From NCBI GenBank assembly GCA_030704615.1, contig CM060733.1, positions 13,268,001 through 13,332,000 on the forward strand: a stretch of 64,000 nt of DNA, read 5' to 3'. Source of the stretch: Takakia lepidozioides (lineage: Eukaryota > Plantae > Bryophyta). The notes below the pieces were generated by a model. That model did not search any database. It saw only the letters and a program-made list of their open reading frames with translations, and was not told where the DNA came from. A program made the position numbers and the translations under genes. Every line of letters starts with the position of its first letter. The first letter of the stretch is position 1. Of the stretch, positions 26,401 to 41,400 are shown one piece after another.

Positions 26401-29400
26401 TAAGGATACAGGGCATAGATTCTGGGGCCATTTTGACCTTTACAATTTAAGTTCTGTTGGCCTCATAGTTGTTTATATGTGCTTCTACGTGGCTGTAGCT
26501 GCATATGATAACCAGTACTGTGGTTGCGGATAGTAACTAAACTCTCTCTTGGGTATGAAATTAAATGAAATGAAATGGTACTTTATAACTCTTGGGTATG
26601 AAAGAAAGGTGGTTCCATGCCTGTGTCTCCTTGGCTGCAGCATTTGCTGCTGCATTCATAGGAGACTGACGCAATCTTTTTCTTTGGATTATGTGATAGA
26701 CCTCCATGGTGGCTACAACCTACCAATTTGAATCACATCGGCCTTTGCCAGATTACAGCTTGAGAGCCTATGGGCTACCTCGCTAGCTGGTCTCTTATGG
26801 ATAGTGAAAAAAATCAAACCCATTGGAATTCGTTGCTACTAGTAAGGGTCATAGCTTCTCATGACTGCATTTCCAAGTCTCCTATTTGCAGAATTGAATC
26901 AAGCATTGTCAGGATATTTTCTTGCTATCATTGTTGCGTATGGGTGCAGGTGCTGGATGACAATAAGAAACTCTGTTTGATGAGTGGAGAGATTATACAG
27001 ATGACATCAGCCATGAACCTAATTTTTGAGGTGATATCACCTTAATAGCTGGGGATTTTGTGAGTGTGCACATAAATATCTATCTTAAAAATGATCCTCT
27101 GACTAGCCCTGAAAGGGCATAAGACATTGATTGCTGTGGTAATTTTCTCCAGCAACTTGCAGACAAAAGCTCCAACTTAAAATTCACTCTTGAGTAACAC
27201 CAGAACTATTCTCATATTGGCTTTTTGTAATCCAGACTTAACTCTCTGGACCACTAGCTGGCACTGAACTTTCGGCCATGAAGAGAATATCTGACTGTCT
27301 TTGAATCAGGATCAATTTGACTTGCATTACTAATTATGTTATTGTCTCTTCATTCCCATACATCAAAGGCTAACAGATGGTCTTGCTTTGCATTAATATA
27401 TTTTCAGGTCCAAGACTTGTCTGCAGCATCGCCTGCAACAGTGTCTCGCTGTGGCATGATATATGTGGAGCCTTCTGCAATTGGATGGCGCTGCATTCTG
27501 ATTTCATGGCTTGAAGCACTTCCAGAGCCCCTTCAAGAAATATACCGAGGCCAAATCCAGAAACTAGCTGAATGGCTTCTCCCCCCAGCCTTGCGTTGTG
27601 TCCAGAAGAATTGCAAGTTGGTTGTACCAATGCAGGTGCCGTTAGGACCTCCCCTCATCGACTCTTTTCTTTCCACTTCAATCTATGCCTGCATAGTTAA
27701 TTAGAACTTCTTCACTCATTGGGATTCCAGCAGTACCCACTGGGTATTAGGAGGGTAGGATCTTAGGATGTCTCAAAGGTCTGCTTGTTGTGTGACACTG
27801 CAGGAACATAATATGGTGCAAGGCCTCCTCCGTCTCATGTCCTCACTCATGGAACCTGAGCTCACTGACAGTAAGCCTGTCTCATCCTCTTTCATAGTAT
27901 TTAAAACACAGCATGATTGCTAGCAGGCTGTCCCAAATTTGGCCTACAATCGCCAAAGCAGTATATGTTCATACTTATGTTGTATGTTGTATTATGTGTC
28001 TCTTTGAACCAAAGTGCTTAAAGATCCATTCTCTTGCTTTGAAAGAAGAACCATTTTAGTGAGAGACCAGCAATGCCAGTAGACCAGATAAAGAGGGAGG
28101 GGACACCCCAAAAGAGGCAAGGGGAGTAAAGAAGCTGTCCCAATTCACACCCACGAGTCCATGCCTTGTGGTCAATAAGACAGCCTGGGCATCAAACCTA
28201 CCTTTCTGAAAATCCTTGTGGATACGCTCCCAGTGAGAAGGCCAGGAAGTGCAGGACCTGTGGACTGAAATCATCTTAGACCTAAGCTCTACAACTGTAT
28301 GTCTCAAAGAGCATTGGAGTGAGGGACATCTCAAGTGAGCAGGGGGCACCTGCCATTTGTCATTTCCTGAAAACATCCATTGGGAAATCTTCAAAGTTGT
28401 GTTAAGACCTGGGGTAACAGTGTCAACCAGTGGTTCTGCTGAGCAGAATGGAGGGCCTTAGGTGTTGGGCCTTACTGCAACTCCACAGGAAAACCCATAT
28501 CTGTTTCAGATCCTGGGCATCATATCCCAGGTCAAATATGATCGATATGGCTTTAGTATGAGCATTTCCTAGTGTACAGACCAGTTTGCTGACCAAGCAA
28601 GCCGTGTTGTCGGTGAATTTGCAGGCCTCCATCGGTTCTTAATCTTGCCATTGCACTCAGCTTGGTCCCATTCAAGATCTTTGATTGAACCTTTAGCAAA
28701 GAAATGAAATGAAATGAAATGGTGCTTTATAACGTCCGCGGAAAGCTCATAGACCTTTAGAAAGAGAGAGTGTGTGTATGACTGGCAGGCTCGTGATCTG
28801 TCAGGTGCTTTCTTGGATTCAAGTAAGAGCATAACAACTACATTGCTTCCCATATTGTGGAAGACATCGTCAATGATGTATTGTCCATGCACAAAACCTA
28901 TTGGATTATCTTAGATTGTTGGGAGTTGGTGAACGGGTGTGCATCAAGCAAAAACTGAAAAAAATGTAAGCAAATAATGTCATTTTGACACACATGTTTT
29001 TGCTGCTCGGGTGGATCATATTCACGGTTGCTAAGAGCTCACCGTGTTTCACTAATCAGTGCCTGGATAGCAGATGGGGGATTTTCATATAGACATCACA
29101 GGGCTGAAGCACGCAGATGAGCAGCTTCAGCTTCCGCAGGATCTCAAACACTGCGAGCTCTTGGGCTGCAGCATTGAGGTTGCCTTGCAGCCGTTAAATA
29201 ATAATTTCTCCCACTCCCAATCGCTCCTCCTGCTTGTACATTGAATGTCCTTGTTGACAGTTTGGCCCCGAGTTCCGAACCTTGTGCATCTGGGGAGGCT
29301 TTAACTTATGGAGGATTTACCCGGTAATTATTAAAACGAGGATGTCCTCCCTTACAGTCCCTTCTCTGGTGTCCGGATGGCAACTGAAGGCCTGACATCT

Positions 29401-32400
29401 CCTGCCTGCACCAAACTGTCGTAATTCTGTTCGATGTGAGCCTTCACAACTTGGGGGGCTTTTACAGTTGAGGGTGCTGACAACATCTCTGATGTCAGGC
29501 ATGGCCCCGTGTTAAGGACTGGCTATCTCGGCAGTTTCACATTCTTCTGCAAGGGTCTAATGCTCATCATTGTTTGCCCTTGTGGGTAGTCCACTTACCC
29601 ACTTTTTCCATCCAACACCAAAGGCAGTACCTCTCGTGTAAACTACTATCAGGCTCTATGTCGTCATTATATTTCTCTCAGCTGCTCTTTTGAAAGCTAA
29701 TGGACATTCCTTGTGTCGACATTGCAGAGATTCAAGCGGAAAAGATGGATGGGAATTCAAAAGCTGCATGGGTAGACTGCATCTTCCTCTTTTCAGTTGT
29801 CTGGACTGTGGGTGCTTGCACTGATGGTGGTGAGCGCCACAAGTTTGATGTCCTCCTCAAGAAGCTCCTGGTTTGTGCTCCTGGGTCGAGAGACATGAAG
29901 TACTCTTCAGGGCTGTTGCAATTATTGTTTGGTTAAAGTCTTTCTGGGTTTGTTTGCTGAGGTGTTCATGTGTTGTACTCTCAGGGCTTTGTCGTTCTTG
30001 GACTTTAATGATCAGGTCCTGTTATTGTAGAGCCTCAGCCTCCTCCATTCTTCTAGTCTGTAGAGTTCTTCTTCTTGTCCTTCTGCTTGTTGTATCACTT
30101 AGCAGGCTTCTGCAGACATGAACTCATTTTTTTCCGACTATGGAGTTAAGTGGTCTCTTGTCATTCTACTTTGTCCCATGGGCACCCTTGGATGCCCATG
30201 AGACATTACATACTGAAACCCCTCCTCTCCTTTCTTGCTCCAACCAAGCCAGGTGTAGGGTTGGTAGCTATGTATGCTAACAGCTTTTTGAATGCCCCCT
30301 TTCGAAATACAATTGTGTGGATTTTTTGCTTGATTTATGTTATGCCTGATGTTATCTGCCATAGGCCAATCAACCGCCAGAGGAGTACAAACAATGGATG
30401 GAACAACCAGCCCGGAAAGTGGCGGCACCTTTCCCAGATGGAAAATCGGTGTATGATGTCATGTTCAGCAAATTCAAAGGGAAGTGGGGCCTTTGGTTGG
30501 ATCTGGTGGACGACAACATGCCACCCCCAGAGGGAGACTTCGCAAAAATTATAGTTCCCACAGCTGATTCAGCGAAATACACATATTTAATGGACATACT
30601 GATCCACCACAACTTGCCATTGCTGCTGGTGGGTCCAACGGGCACTGGGAAGAGTGTCTATATCAGGCAGTACCTCATGAAGCTGGATGCAGAAAAGTAA
30701 GAGTTTTTTCCTACGTCTAACAGTAGTTATCTGATAAGAGCTAATAGATACTGAAGTATACTTACGCTGGTGCCGAACTTCCTCGTGTTATGATGTTTCC
30801 AGCATAATTATCATGAGCGCTTGGCTTAAGCCAAATCCTGGTTAGTTGATAGACACGCTCTTACGGTCTATTATAGCTTCCAAGTTTCTTATGTAACAAT
30901 CCTTTCTGGGGGGTTAAGAAGGGATGGAAGTGAGATGACAGGCTTTCTCAGAATATTGACATAGCTCAAGGCCATTTGGTGAAACACCAACTTTGCTTTA
31001 TGTTTGTGACAGTCTAATCATACTTATGGAGCCCACATCCCATTATCCCCGTGTGCAGTGTTTGAATGATTTAGGCGTCTTAGGGTATCATAGCAATCAC
31101 ATAAGCAAGTTTTAAAAACTACCGTTCCCTAAGTTAGTTCTGATAACATACCCCTCGTGCATCCCGTCATACCTATTCCTGCTTCTGCCACTACTAGTCG
31201 AAAAATGGATGATACAAAGTACTGGTATTCCCCCCAAATGGATTTATCCTAGCTGCATTTATTGGGGTATTGATCAAAGCCCCAGCCTCAAGAATTGATT
31301 CTCTTCTCTAATATAGCCATGTGGCACCATTTCTGCAGATGGCAGTCGGTTTTCTTTAATTTTTCAGCTCAGACAAGTGCAAACCAGACCCAAGATATCA
31401 TCGATGGAAAACTCTTCAAGAGGAAACCAGGGTATTTTGGGCCTCAGAAAGGTAAACAATGTGTTATTTTCGTTGACGACCTTAGCATGCCTGCTTTGGA
31501 GAAATACGGTGCACAACCACCCATTGAGCTACTCCGGCAGTGGATGGATCACAAGGGCTGGTAAGTGATCTCTTCCTCCCCCGCCTCTTCTTGGATTGCG
31601 GGCACAATCCAGGTCAAAAATTAGGTTTTTTTCTTTCTTCTTTCTTTGTTTCTGTCTACTTCAATGAATTTCTTTCTTCTTCTGTGTGGAGGTACTAAAG
31701 TTTCTATGGATGTCAAGTGTCTACTTTGTTGAGGGCCCCAAATCTTCTATTCTGCTTCCTTTTGAGAACCAGAGATGCCTGGCAGCATATCTTTGTGAGG
31801 CTCTCAAACTAAGAGAATCTTTTACTATGAAAGAGTAGATTTTGGACTTGTTTAGGGCCCCACTTTCCTTGATTCTTGCTTTCTCTTGTCCCACAAGCTC
31901 TTTGAGCTGTCCGTGGACATTATAAAGTATCATTTCATTTCATTTCATTTCTAGATCGTACAAGTTATGACAAAAAAATGGTGTATGTTTGCTTCATAGA
32001 CTTTCGAAAGGCTTCTGATTCGGTTGCTCGAGACCTTCTTTTCTAAGGTGGGAGTCCCTCATGACATCCTATATGCCATCTCTTCCATGTATGAGATTGT
32101 CATTGGCATAGTCAACGTCGAAGGGGAATTCTCAGCAGAGGTGCGTTGCAACATTGGGGTTAAACAGGGCTGCCCCCTCTCACCTACCCTTTTCGGGATC
32201 TCCATTGACGCTTTGGAGCGTTGGATGGGGGACCAACGCAATCAGATCTCCTCTACGCTGATGATGTTGCCCTCTTGGCACAATCTCCTGTCTTCCTGCA
32301 ACGCCATCTTCGCATCCTGGAAGAGTTCTCCAAAGACTATGGGCTGCAAGTCAATCTTAGCAAAACCAACAGGCTGACCGCAGGTTCGTCTTCAACCAAC

Positions 32401-35400
32401 AGGAAATTGTACCAATATCTGGGTCTGGTTATCCACTCTCACAAATTCCAGTTTGCATCCAGCCCTGGACAGATTGATGAAGGGCAAGGCGGCCTCCATC
32501 CGCCTTCAGGCCAAATGCAAACAGATACATCTGCGCCACCCCCCAACCAAAAAGTGGCTATTTGACAGCGTTGTCACCCAGCCGCCACTTATGGTTGCGA
32601 GTTCTGGGCACCTGGGGTCCCAGTTTCCTGGTGGGAAAAAAATCTGGAACCATTGCAGTCATCTTTTCTCCAAGCAATGCTTGGCGCCAGAGGCACAACT
32701 CCATCTCACATCCTGTGTGCAGAGTTTGCATGCATTCCACTTCGAACCGAGGCCCTCTTCCGGCTTACAATTCTTCTTAATAGGTTACAAGCCCTTCCAC
32801 CCAAGGGGCTCGTGGCAAGAGCCCTCGCAACATCTATTAGGCTCAAAACAGCAGGTTTCATGCACTCCCGGTATGCTTGAGTGTGCAGTTTTTTTGAGCG
32901 CAATGGACTCTATTGCTTGACCATTGCCAGAGAATCCAGAAGGGGTGGAAATCTCATCGAACAGGATTGCAACAGACTCATTAGAAGGGAACTTATGGAA
33001 CTGCATGTCAGGAGAACTTGGAAGCTGAGGCTCTCTTCCGGCTTACAATTTTCCTGCATAGGTTACAAGCCCTTCCTCCCAAGGGGCTTCTGGCCAGGGC
33101 CCTTGCGACATCTGTTAGACTCAAAAATGCAGGTTTCAAACAAGCCCGGTATGCTCGGGTGGATACCTTTTTTGAATGCCATGGACTCTCTATTGCTTCA
33201 CTATTGCCAGTGAACCCAGAAGAGGTGGACATCACATCCAAGCATGACCGCAACTAACTCATTAGAAAGGAGCTCATGGAGCTACATGTCAGGAGAACTT
33301 GGAAGTTACCCAACCTCACAATAAAGCTCCATTTCTATCGAGAAACATTCTTGGTTCTCCGAGATGATAGAATCTTGCGGCCCAATTACCTTTCGGCATC
33401 TTTATCTCCTTCTCTCTGAGGGCTTTGGGGCGGTTCAGGGTGGGCTCCCACAACCTACGGATAGAGACTGGCAGATGGAAAAACCTGCAGCGGGAGGACC
33501 GCCTCTGTCCACAGGGCACAACCAGGAAATTGAAACTGAAGAACACTTCTTCTTCTATTGCCCTCTATACTATGAGATCCGTGGGAGATTCCATTGTCTA
33601 TTCCGTGGAACCCAATCTCTCACTGAGGTCTTTCACTATGAGGATCAGAAATGCTTGGCAGCCTACCTGCACGAGGCATTCACCCGGTTTTGTTTCCTCT
33701 CTCAGGTTTTTTCCATTTTTTCCTATAAACTCTTTGAGCTTTCCGCGGACGTTATAAAGTACCATTTCAAATCATTTCTACTCCTGTCAAATATGCCCCC
33801 TCACCTCTGCTGGAATTCATAAATACTTGCACCTTTCTTCTTCCTCTTCCTTTTCTTCTGGTCTCTGCTGGACCCTCTAGGCCTCCCCTGGACGCAATAA
33901 ATTTCATCTCATCTGAGCATATGAGAGGGAGAGGGTTTTGCAATATGTCTGTTGACATTTCACTGTTTGGTGCCAAGGTTTGGTGATCAATCCTTTAAGA
34001 CATGGTTGAGTTTGTATGTCATAACTGTCCATTTTCATGCAGGTATGATCGAGCAGAACTAACGTTCAGAAACATTGTAGACGTGCAATTTATATCTGCG
34101 ATGGGTCCTCCTGGTGGAGGTAAAAATTCGGTGACCAATCGCTATCTTCGACACTTCAGCGTTGTTTGTGTGACTGCCTTCTCCGATTTAACGATGAACA
34201 GGTAAAACCCATTTAGACCTGTCTACTGGATTCAACAATGGGTGATGTGATATGCATATACTGTTGAATAGAGTAATTCAACTCAGAAGTGGTTAGTTGC
34301 TTTAGTTAGCAATTAACAAGGCTAGTTAGGAGTTTTATTAGCAGTAAAACAAAGAAGGTTTTTGACTTAGTCCTTAGACTATCTGATAGGCTAACAATAC
34401 ATCATTGAACCAAGAGTTCAGTGACAGATCACTGAAGTTCAGCCTGAGGCCCTGAACCGACATACCACCGAGAGATGCCTTCTTGGTGATCGGTGATATT
34501 TGGTGATCGGTGATCGGTGATGTTTTGCGTGACAATTTACACACGTAATGAAGTGTTCACTTGTCTTCATACTATGTTCCTGTGTCCTGGTCTGACAGAG
34601 GTCTTAGCAAAGAGAGACTGAGCTCGGAGAGGAGAGGAACCTTGAAGGTTGAGCTTCGTACTAAAGGGTCCATTAAGTGTTGCTTACTATTGCAGGTGGC
34701 TTGTAGTCCATAGCATAGAGTAAGAACAAAGGGGATCAGGGTTTGAAGGGAGCCTAGAACAAGTTCTGATTGTTTGCAGGGTCAATTAGGCTTTATCTCC
34801 AAGCTAGCGTTTTTCAGACCCTACAGTAGACAGTCCTCTTCCCAAATGGTCTAGGGACCAGTCAGACAAGATGAGTAGAGATAGTGAAGCCACTAGTTCT
34901 ACTTCAGAACAACATATACCACAAGGGGCCCAGGGTCGTCCTGGCAATGTTGCTGCATTATCATGGGTAAAGAATCCCAGTTCTCACACTGAGAGACTCG
35001 GGGTTCAACCCCATGTTATTCCACATCGATGAAAAATCCCAGAAAGTGCACACTTTCCAATGTGCTCAGGCTCAAAATGTGCCCTACAGTATAGATACCC
35101 TGAGTGATGGGACCCTGAGCAATTTTGTCTGAGCATCTCGTCTGCAGTGAATCAAAAGTGTAAGTGAAGAATTCCATAGCAATTCTGCAAGGCAGGTCAA
35201 GGAAACTCTGTTAACCTATCCGGTGTCTTCAGATTGTTAGTTGATGTTTTGCATAACTGGACCAAATGACAACTCTGCTGCATTGCAGAATCTTCTTGAG
35301 CTTGGTTGATTTCTGGATGAGAAGGGCACGCTATTCACCAGCAATAACGAAACTGCGGACTGCAATGGTGTCCGCCACGATTGAGATCTACCAGACTGTG

Positions 35401-38400
35401 CAGCGTGAACTTCTGCCCACGCCAGAGAAGTCTCACTATACTTACAACTTACGGGATCTTGGAAAGGTAGGATGAATAAGTGTGTTACAATATTTTTTCC
35501 TGATCTTTAAAGAGGAAACAGAGAATAAACCGGCAATGCTTTTGTTTATTTTTTAAGAGGGAAAGAAGAAGAAAACCTATTTTTTTCACTGGAATGTACC
35601 AACTCTCTGCGAAAAAGCAGAGAGTGATCTGAGATCAAATACGTTAGTCTGGATGAACACCGTGCGTGGTCCTTTCTTCACGCCACATGCCAAAATGAGA
35701 GTAAGACCTTAAGCACAAATGGACTCAGTAAGTTCCTGCCTAACACTTCCCAGGCGTTGAGACTCCTGAGCAGACCAGAAGTGCCTGATAAGACTGCACT
35801 AAACCCTCTCTGAGGTCTTAGTATACCAGGAAGGAGAAAAGCAAATGTTGTTCTATTTACGGGGATGCTGAAAAAATTGAAACTGTTTGATGGAAAGAAA
35901 AGATCAGAGACTAGTCATTATAATGAAGAACTGCAATTGATTTAACTCTTCCTCATTGACTCCTCAGATATTTTTGGGGTTGCAATATGCACCTGTGGAA
36001 ATAGGAGAAGATTCTTACAAGATTATACGGCTGTGGGCAAATGAGTGCCTACGAGTCTTCTATGACCGCCTCATTAATGACCAGGACCGGCTATGGTTTT
36101 GTGATATGATGGGTGAAGTGCTGGAAAAGCAGTTCAAGGAGCGGTTTGGCAAAGTGTTTGCAGGCTTTACTCACTCAGAAGTCAAGAAAGGGGAAATTAC
36201 CCCTGCCCTCCTTCAGTATCTTATGGCAGGAGACTTCATGGTTCCAGGAGCCGAGCCTGCCCTGGTCTCTCCCACCCTGCACTTGAACACTCTAACTAAA
36301 CTGGCTGAGGTCCTGTAATTGAAAGTAGGAATTTGAGAATGTGGCTGCCCTCCACTTTGTTTGTAAACAACCTCCCCATGATACATCTTTCTCCATCTCA
36401 TGATTTTAGTTTTCTGTTTTAAGGATCTAAGAACTGCCCATGATTTTTGAATATCAGACTGGAGTGACAAAAGGGACTTGCTGAGTCATTGACGCTTGGT
36501 GTTGGTTCAGCTTCTTGTGTATCAGCTTTATTGACGTCGATCAGGCTCCATTTTCTAATTGAGTCAATTTGGGTGCAGTATGATGAAATCACGGATGAGC
36601 ATCACCTGCTGAAGGTTATGCAATCATATTTGGAGGACTACAATGAAATGACCAATAATCCCATGAATCTGGTCCTGTTCCAGTTTGCAATTCAGCACGT
36701 TTCACGCATTTGTCGTGTTATCAAACAGCCACAGGGCAATGTGCTATTGGTGGGCGTGGGAGGGAGCGGAAGGCAGAGCCTTGCAAGGCTGGGAGCGTTT
36801 ATTCAAGGTTTTGACATTTACCAGGTATATAAATCCCAAATAATCGTTAACCTCTGATGTATGTATTTTAGTCCTGCTTGGACGAAATTTCTGGCAGTAT
36901 GGCTGTTAGCCATTTGGGTAGAAGGGCTTGCAACCTTGTAAGAAACATTGTAAGCCAGAAGATGGCCTCAAGTTGAAGCTGTACACGTGCAATTTTTGCA
37001 CATAGAATCAGTGATGGTGTTGTACCTCTTTCCCCAAGCATTCCTTGGAGGAAAGACGATTGCAGCAGTTCCAAAACAATTTCCCACCAGGAACTGGGAC
37101 ATGAAGTGCCCAGAACTCACAGCCATAAGCGGCGGCAGGTAGGACAACCGAGCCGAAGAGCCACTTTGGGGTGAGGGGGGTGGGCGGGTTTGAGGTTTTA
37201 TTTTTGAGGAGGGGCCCAACAAGATAAGAGTACAACAACAAGAAAAACACAGGAAAGACCAACTCAAATTTGAAATGCCTCGAGGCGCTTAGGGGTTGGC
37301 CAATCTGTCTGAACTTGCCAGAACTTGCACCAAATCATGCACTCTTAACCCCTGTGATGGATTTGAGAAATACCTCCCTTGGCTGTCATCATAAGTCTCT
37401 GTACCCCTTGTACCAGTAATGTATCTATGATACTCACATTCTAATGGCAGTGGTTACAGGTCTAGTTCACTGAATGTTGCTTCTTCACCTCACAGGTTGA
37501 AACTTCAAAGAACTTCGGGATGGCAGAGTGGAGGGAGAGTGTGGGAATCATGCTCCGTAAGGCTGGGGAACTGGACAAACGAATCATGTTCCTCTTTGTT
37601 GACACACAAATCAAAATGGAGGGTTTTGTGGAAGACATCAATTCCCTTCTCAACACTGGGGAGGTAAAGACTTTGTGGACGACTGTTGAATGCAACTTGT
37701 GTGAGCCTTCTAGCTGTTCTCTAGATTAGTAAATTTTACATCCTCTATTTCATAGTATTTCCTGTGCGATACTCCAGCATGTGCCTCGTGATTTGAACTT
37801 GGTTAACCATGTTGCATTCGCACTTGACTTGGTGAGCCACCATATCACTAGTAGGACAATACGTAAAAGAGAGAAGACTTCAACCGAAGCCAGCATTTTA
37901 ATATCCTCTTTACAGGGGGTGGGCTGTATAGTTGCAAACCTACACCTACAGTACGGGTATTTGACCACTTTCGAGTTTGCATCTATTAACTATAGCAGTG
38001 AGGGACGTAGAGCATGATTGATATGCAGCCTTTGTTACCCTTGAATAATTTTGTTGCCGATCTTGAAATCTCCTCTTGTATGGCCATTGTAACCCTTGCA
38101 CTGACTGTTATGCAATAGACTCCCACAACGACAACCTTCCAGCAGAATTATCTTCTCAAACATGCATTAAATTCATGATAGAGTTCACCTTTTGGAGGGT
38201 TATTTATCAAAAAGCACATTGCTATGTGATAGACGCCAACAAAAACAACCTTTGGAAAGGCTATTTTTAAGAAAGGATTTACTTTCAGGGGGGTTGTTCC
38301 TATTTGAAAAAACAACATGATGGTCTCTAACTAAAACAACCTTGGAAAAAAAGAGAAACCTTGAAAAGACTTGTGCTTTTCAAATTCTGAAAAGAATAAA

Positions 38401-41400
38401 AGACTGTGATTGTGGTGTGACATTTAGAGTTTGAGGGTTTCAATGATCTGGATTGGGGAGGCGACAAGCATATCAATCATGCTGTAGGTCCCTCACTGCT
38501 ACAGTTAATAGATGCAAACCCGAAAGTGGTGAAATACATGGTCAACCACATGTTATGTCGATGTGGTGCACCTATGGCAAGAACTGTAGCACTCTTAAGG
38601 CATGATATGCAAAGAGAAAATGGCTGCCGACTGCGGGCTGGGCTGGGAGGTGGACTGGGTTAGGGCACATGCCATGACATGGCACTGGAAACTCACAGGC
38701 GGGCTATAAGCAATGAAAAAAAGATAAATGAGTGGGCTTAAATGCGCCGCGGGAAAAAGTGAAATGAGGGTTCATCAAACTAGCATACGGTCATTTTCAG
38801 TTGCTTATAGGTAACTTGGGCTGTCGGTGTGCATCAGCGACCTCTAAAGCTGCAGTACAAGCAGTAAATGACTGGATTGTTTCAGGGTTTTATTGTTGAT
38901 TCTGTTGGTATACTCCTGAGTTTCTTCAATCAGGATAGATGAAATTTCATTTCAGGTGCCTAACATATTTGAAGGAGGAGATTTGGGGGCAATTGCGGAG
39001 GGTGTCCGCCCAAGAGCAAAGAGGGCTAAACGAGATGGGTCACGTCTGGAGCTGTTTGCATTCTTCGTTGATGAATGTGCCAAAAATCTTCGCATAGCCT
39101 TGGTTTCTGCACACTCCCTTTCACTTCATTCCGTCAATGAATTATTGTTTGTGAAAAAATGCACTACGTTGGTCAACCAGATCATTTGTTGGGTGGGTTA
39201 CACTTTTTAATACGGAACCTGGACTGATGTACTAAATTGAAAAGGAAAAAAAGAAATGTTTCAGAAGTGGGAGTAGTTCACGGGATTTGCTTTGGCCTAA
39301 GTTCACTAATATCAGAAACATACAAGCAAGCAATGGGCTGGAGCTGCATGGCTAAGGTTTTAAATATATTCAGTATGGAACCTCCATTCAGGCATCACTG
39401 GTTTGGTTATTGTGGAGGACATGATGAGTATATTGAAACCCAAACCAACAAAGTGGCTAAACTCCCTTCAGCTAGAATTTGTAAGAGCTGTGCGGATATA
39501 TTTCATCTCATGCAGGCATTCAGCCCCATTGGAGATGCCTTTAGGGATAGGCTGAGGAAGTTTCCATCACTGGTCAATTGTTGCACTATCGATTGGTTCA
39601 GTGCATGGCCAAGTTCGGTATGCCTCCTCTGCTCTGAAATTCGCTTTAACAGAGAAACCTATCACTGACCTGCTGTAGTGCTTTTGGAAAGTGGTTGTCC
39701 AGTAGTCAACTTTGCAGTTTGAAGGGGTTTCCTTAGCTTCCTCAATTTCTTTTCATCTAGCCAATTCGTTTCCCATATCATGTGTTGTGAGTATTTCCAG
39801 CTTTCTTAAGATGTGCTTCCTGAGAAAGGCCCAGAGCTCTGAAAAAAGGCCAGCTTTGAGATTCTCTGCTACTCACGACACAGTCTCTCAAGTGATTGAA
39901 CGAAAGTATTCCTCTAATGTTGAGAAGTTGGCACTGAGAGTCCTAACAAATCTTTGACTTCCATGGTGAAGGTTTCATGCCTCATAGTTCTGGCTTTTGT
40001 CTCCAATTCTTTCGAATAGGCTTTTTGCGGTCTACCATGTTCCTTGGGCCTCCTGGATATGTGATAAACCTCTTTCTTCTGAACTAGCTTTTCTTCTGTC
40101 CACCGTTTCCCATGGGTCCTTGTGGATCCCTGTGAATACTAGAGTTTCTTTTCTTCTGTCTTTGATGAGATCTGGTAGAAGTTCTTCTCCCGTTTTGCCA
40201 CAGAAATCATCTTTGCAGACCACTGTGCAATACATCACAGTCGTCTCCACTGAATGCTGGCTCAAGCTTTCATGGCCTAGAATATTTTTGTTTCTATTCT
40301 GTGCTTGCTGCAAGTTCAATGTGCACTTCCAGTAAGGTTGCGTAGGGGAGATCACATCCAGGCACTGAGGTCAGTGGCAGTACGATTTTTGGCAAGCATC
40401 AATGTGGAACGCAAAATTATCAATCAAATTGTGGACCTCACGGTCTTTTTCCACACCTCTGTCCAGGTAAGAAAAGCTTACCATGGCAACTTTTCCCACA
40501 GCAAGGATCTTGTTGAAGAAGCTCAACGTCTTCAACAACAACTTGTGGTCTTCATGATTCCCTGTGGGTTCATCATTACCACGCTGCATCATAAGGGTCA
40601 TATTGGATGCAGAGAGTTTGGGTGCTGTATCTCAAAGGGCCCATGCAAATGCTCTGTATTTGATTATGAAAACCATGCATTTTCTCCTGTGAGGCCCCAC
40701 ATGGTCTCTTTCCTCCTTGTTCAAGCAGAACTTCCCATGATAAGGAGTCCTTTGTAAAGCATTCTCTCTTCACCTGGGTAGTTTCTTTGCAGAGACAACA
40801 AAATTTGGAGGTGTACTTATGAGCTCAATTTGAGATGCATACAAACCTGGAAGGAGCATGTATAATACTAAGCTATGCAATGGAATGCTTCACTGAAGAA
40901 GTGAAACCCAAGGAGTCTATCAATTGATGCTTTCACAAGCAGTTAATGATGCTCTTATTTGTGGCTTCCATCATTCATGAAATTCTCACTACTGTGCGAG
41001 TTAACCGCTAATTGTCTTGAGAGATGATGCAGGACTTGGCCATTGAATACTTCGTTCAACTGCGTCGCTACTGCTATGTCACACCGACTAGTTTTCTGGA
41101 GCTCATCTCTTCTTTCAAAACACTTCTGGACCAGAAGCAGCTTGAAACAACAGGGTTCAAAAGGAGGTGCAACTCTATGGACGCTCTCACTCAATAGATG
41201 AACAGTCCAAACAAATACTACAGAGCCTTGTTGGGAACAATCCAACAGAACTGTCGGAGACGCCCATTATGTTGACCTCCTCTCCCCCTTCCTCTTCTCC
41301 CTGTATCCTCTGTTGGTTTTAGCCAATATGCCCCTTCGTTGGCTCCTGGACATGTGTACAATTATGTGACAGTCATATAAGGACCTTTCGCATCATGGGG

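Noticed and set aside
28080-29560. Possible further retroelement ORF remnants on the minus strand (also 16140-16900)
   Set aside because: They look coding-like, but I could not recognise a diagnostic motif; a tBLASTx or HMM search is needed.
36265-36578. Base-pairing between C/T-rich intron starts and G-rich intron ends
   Set aside because: I found only 5-6-nt complementarity in the introns checked, which is within chance expectation.
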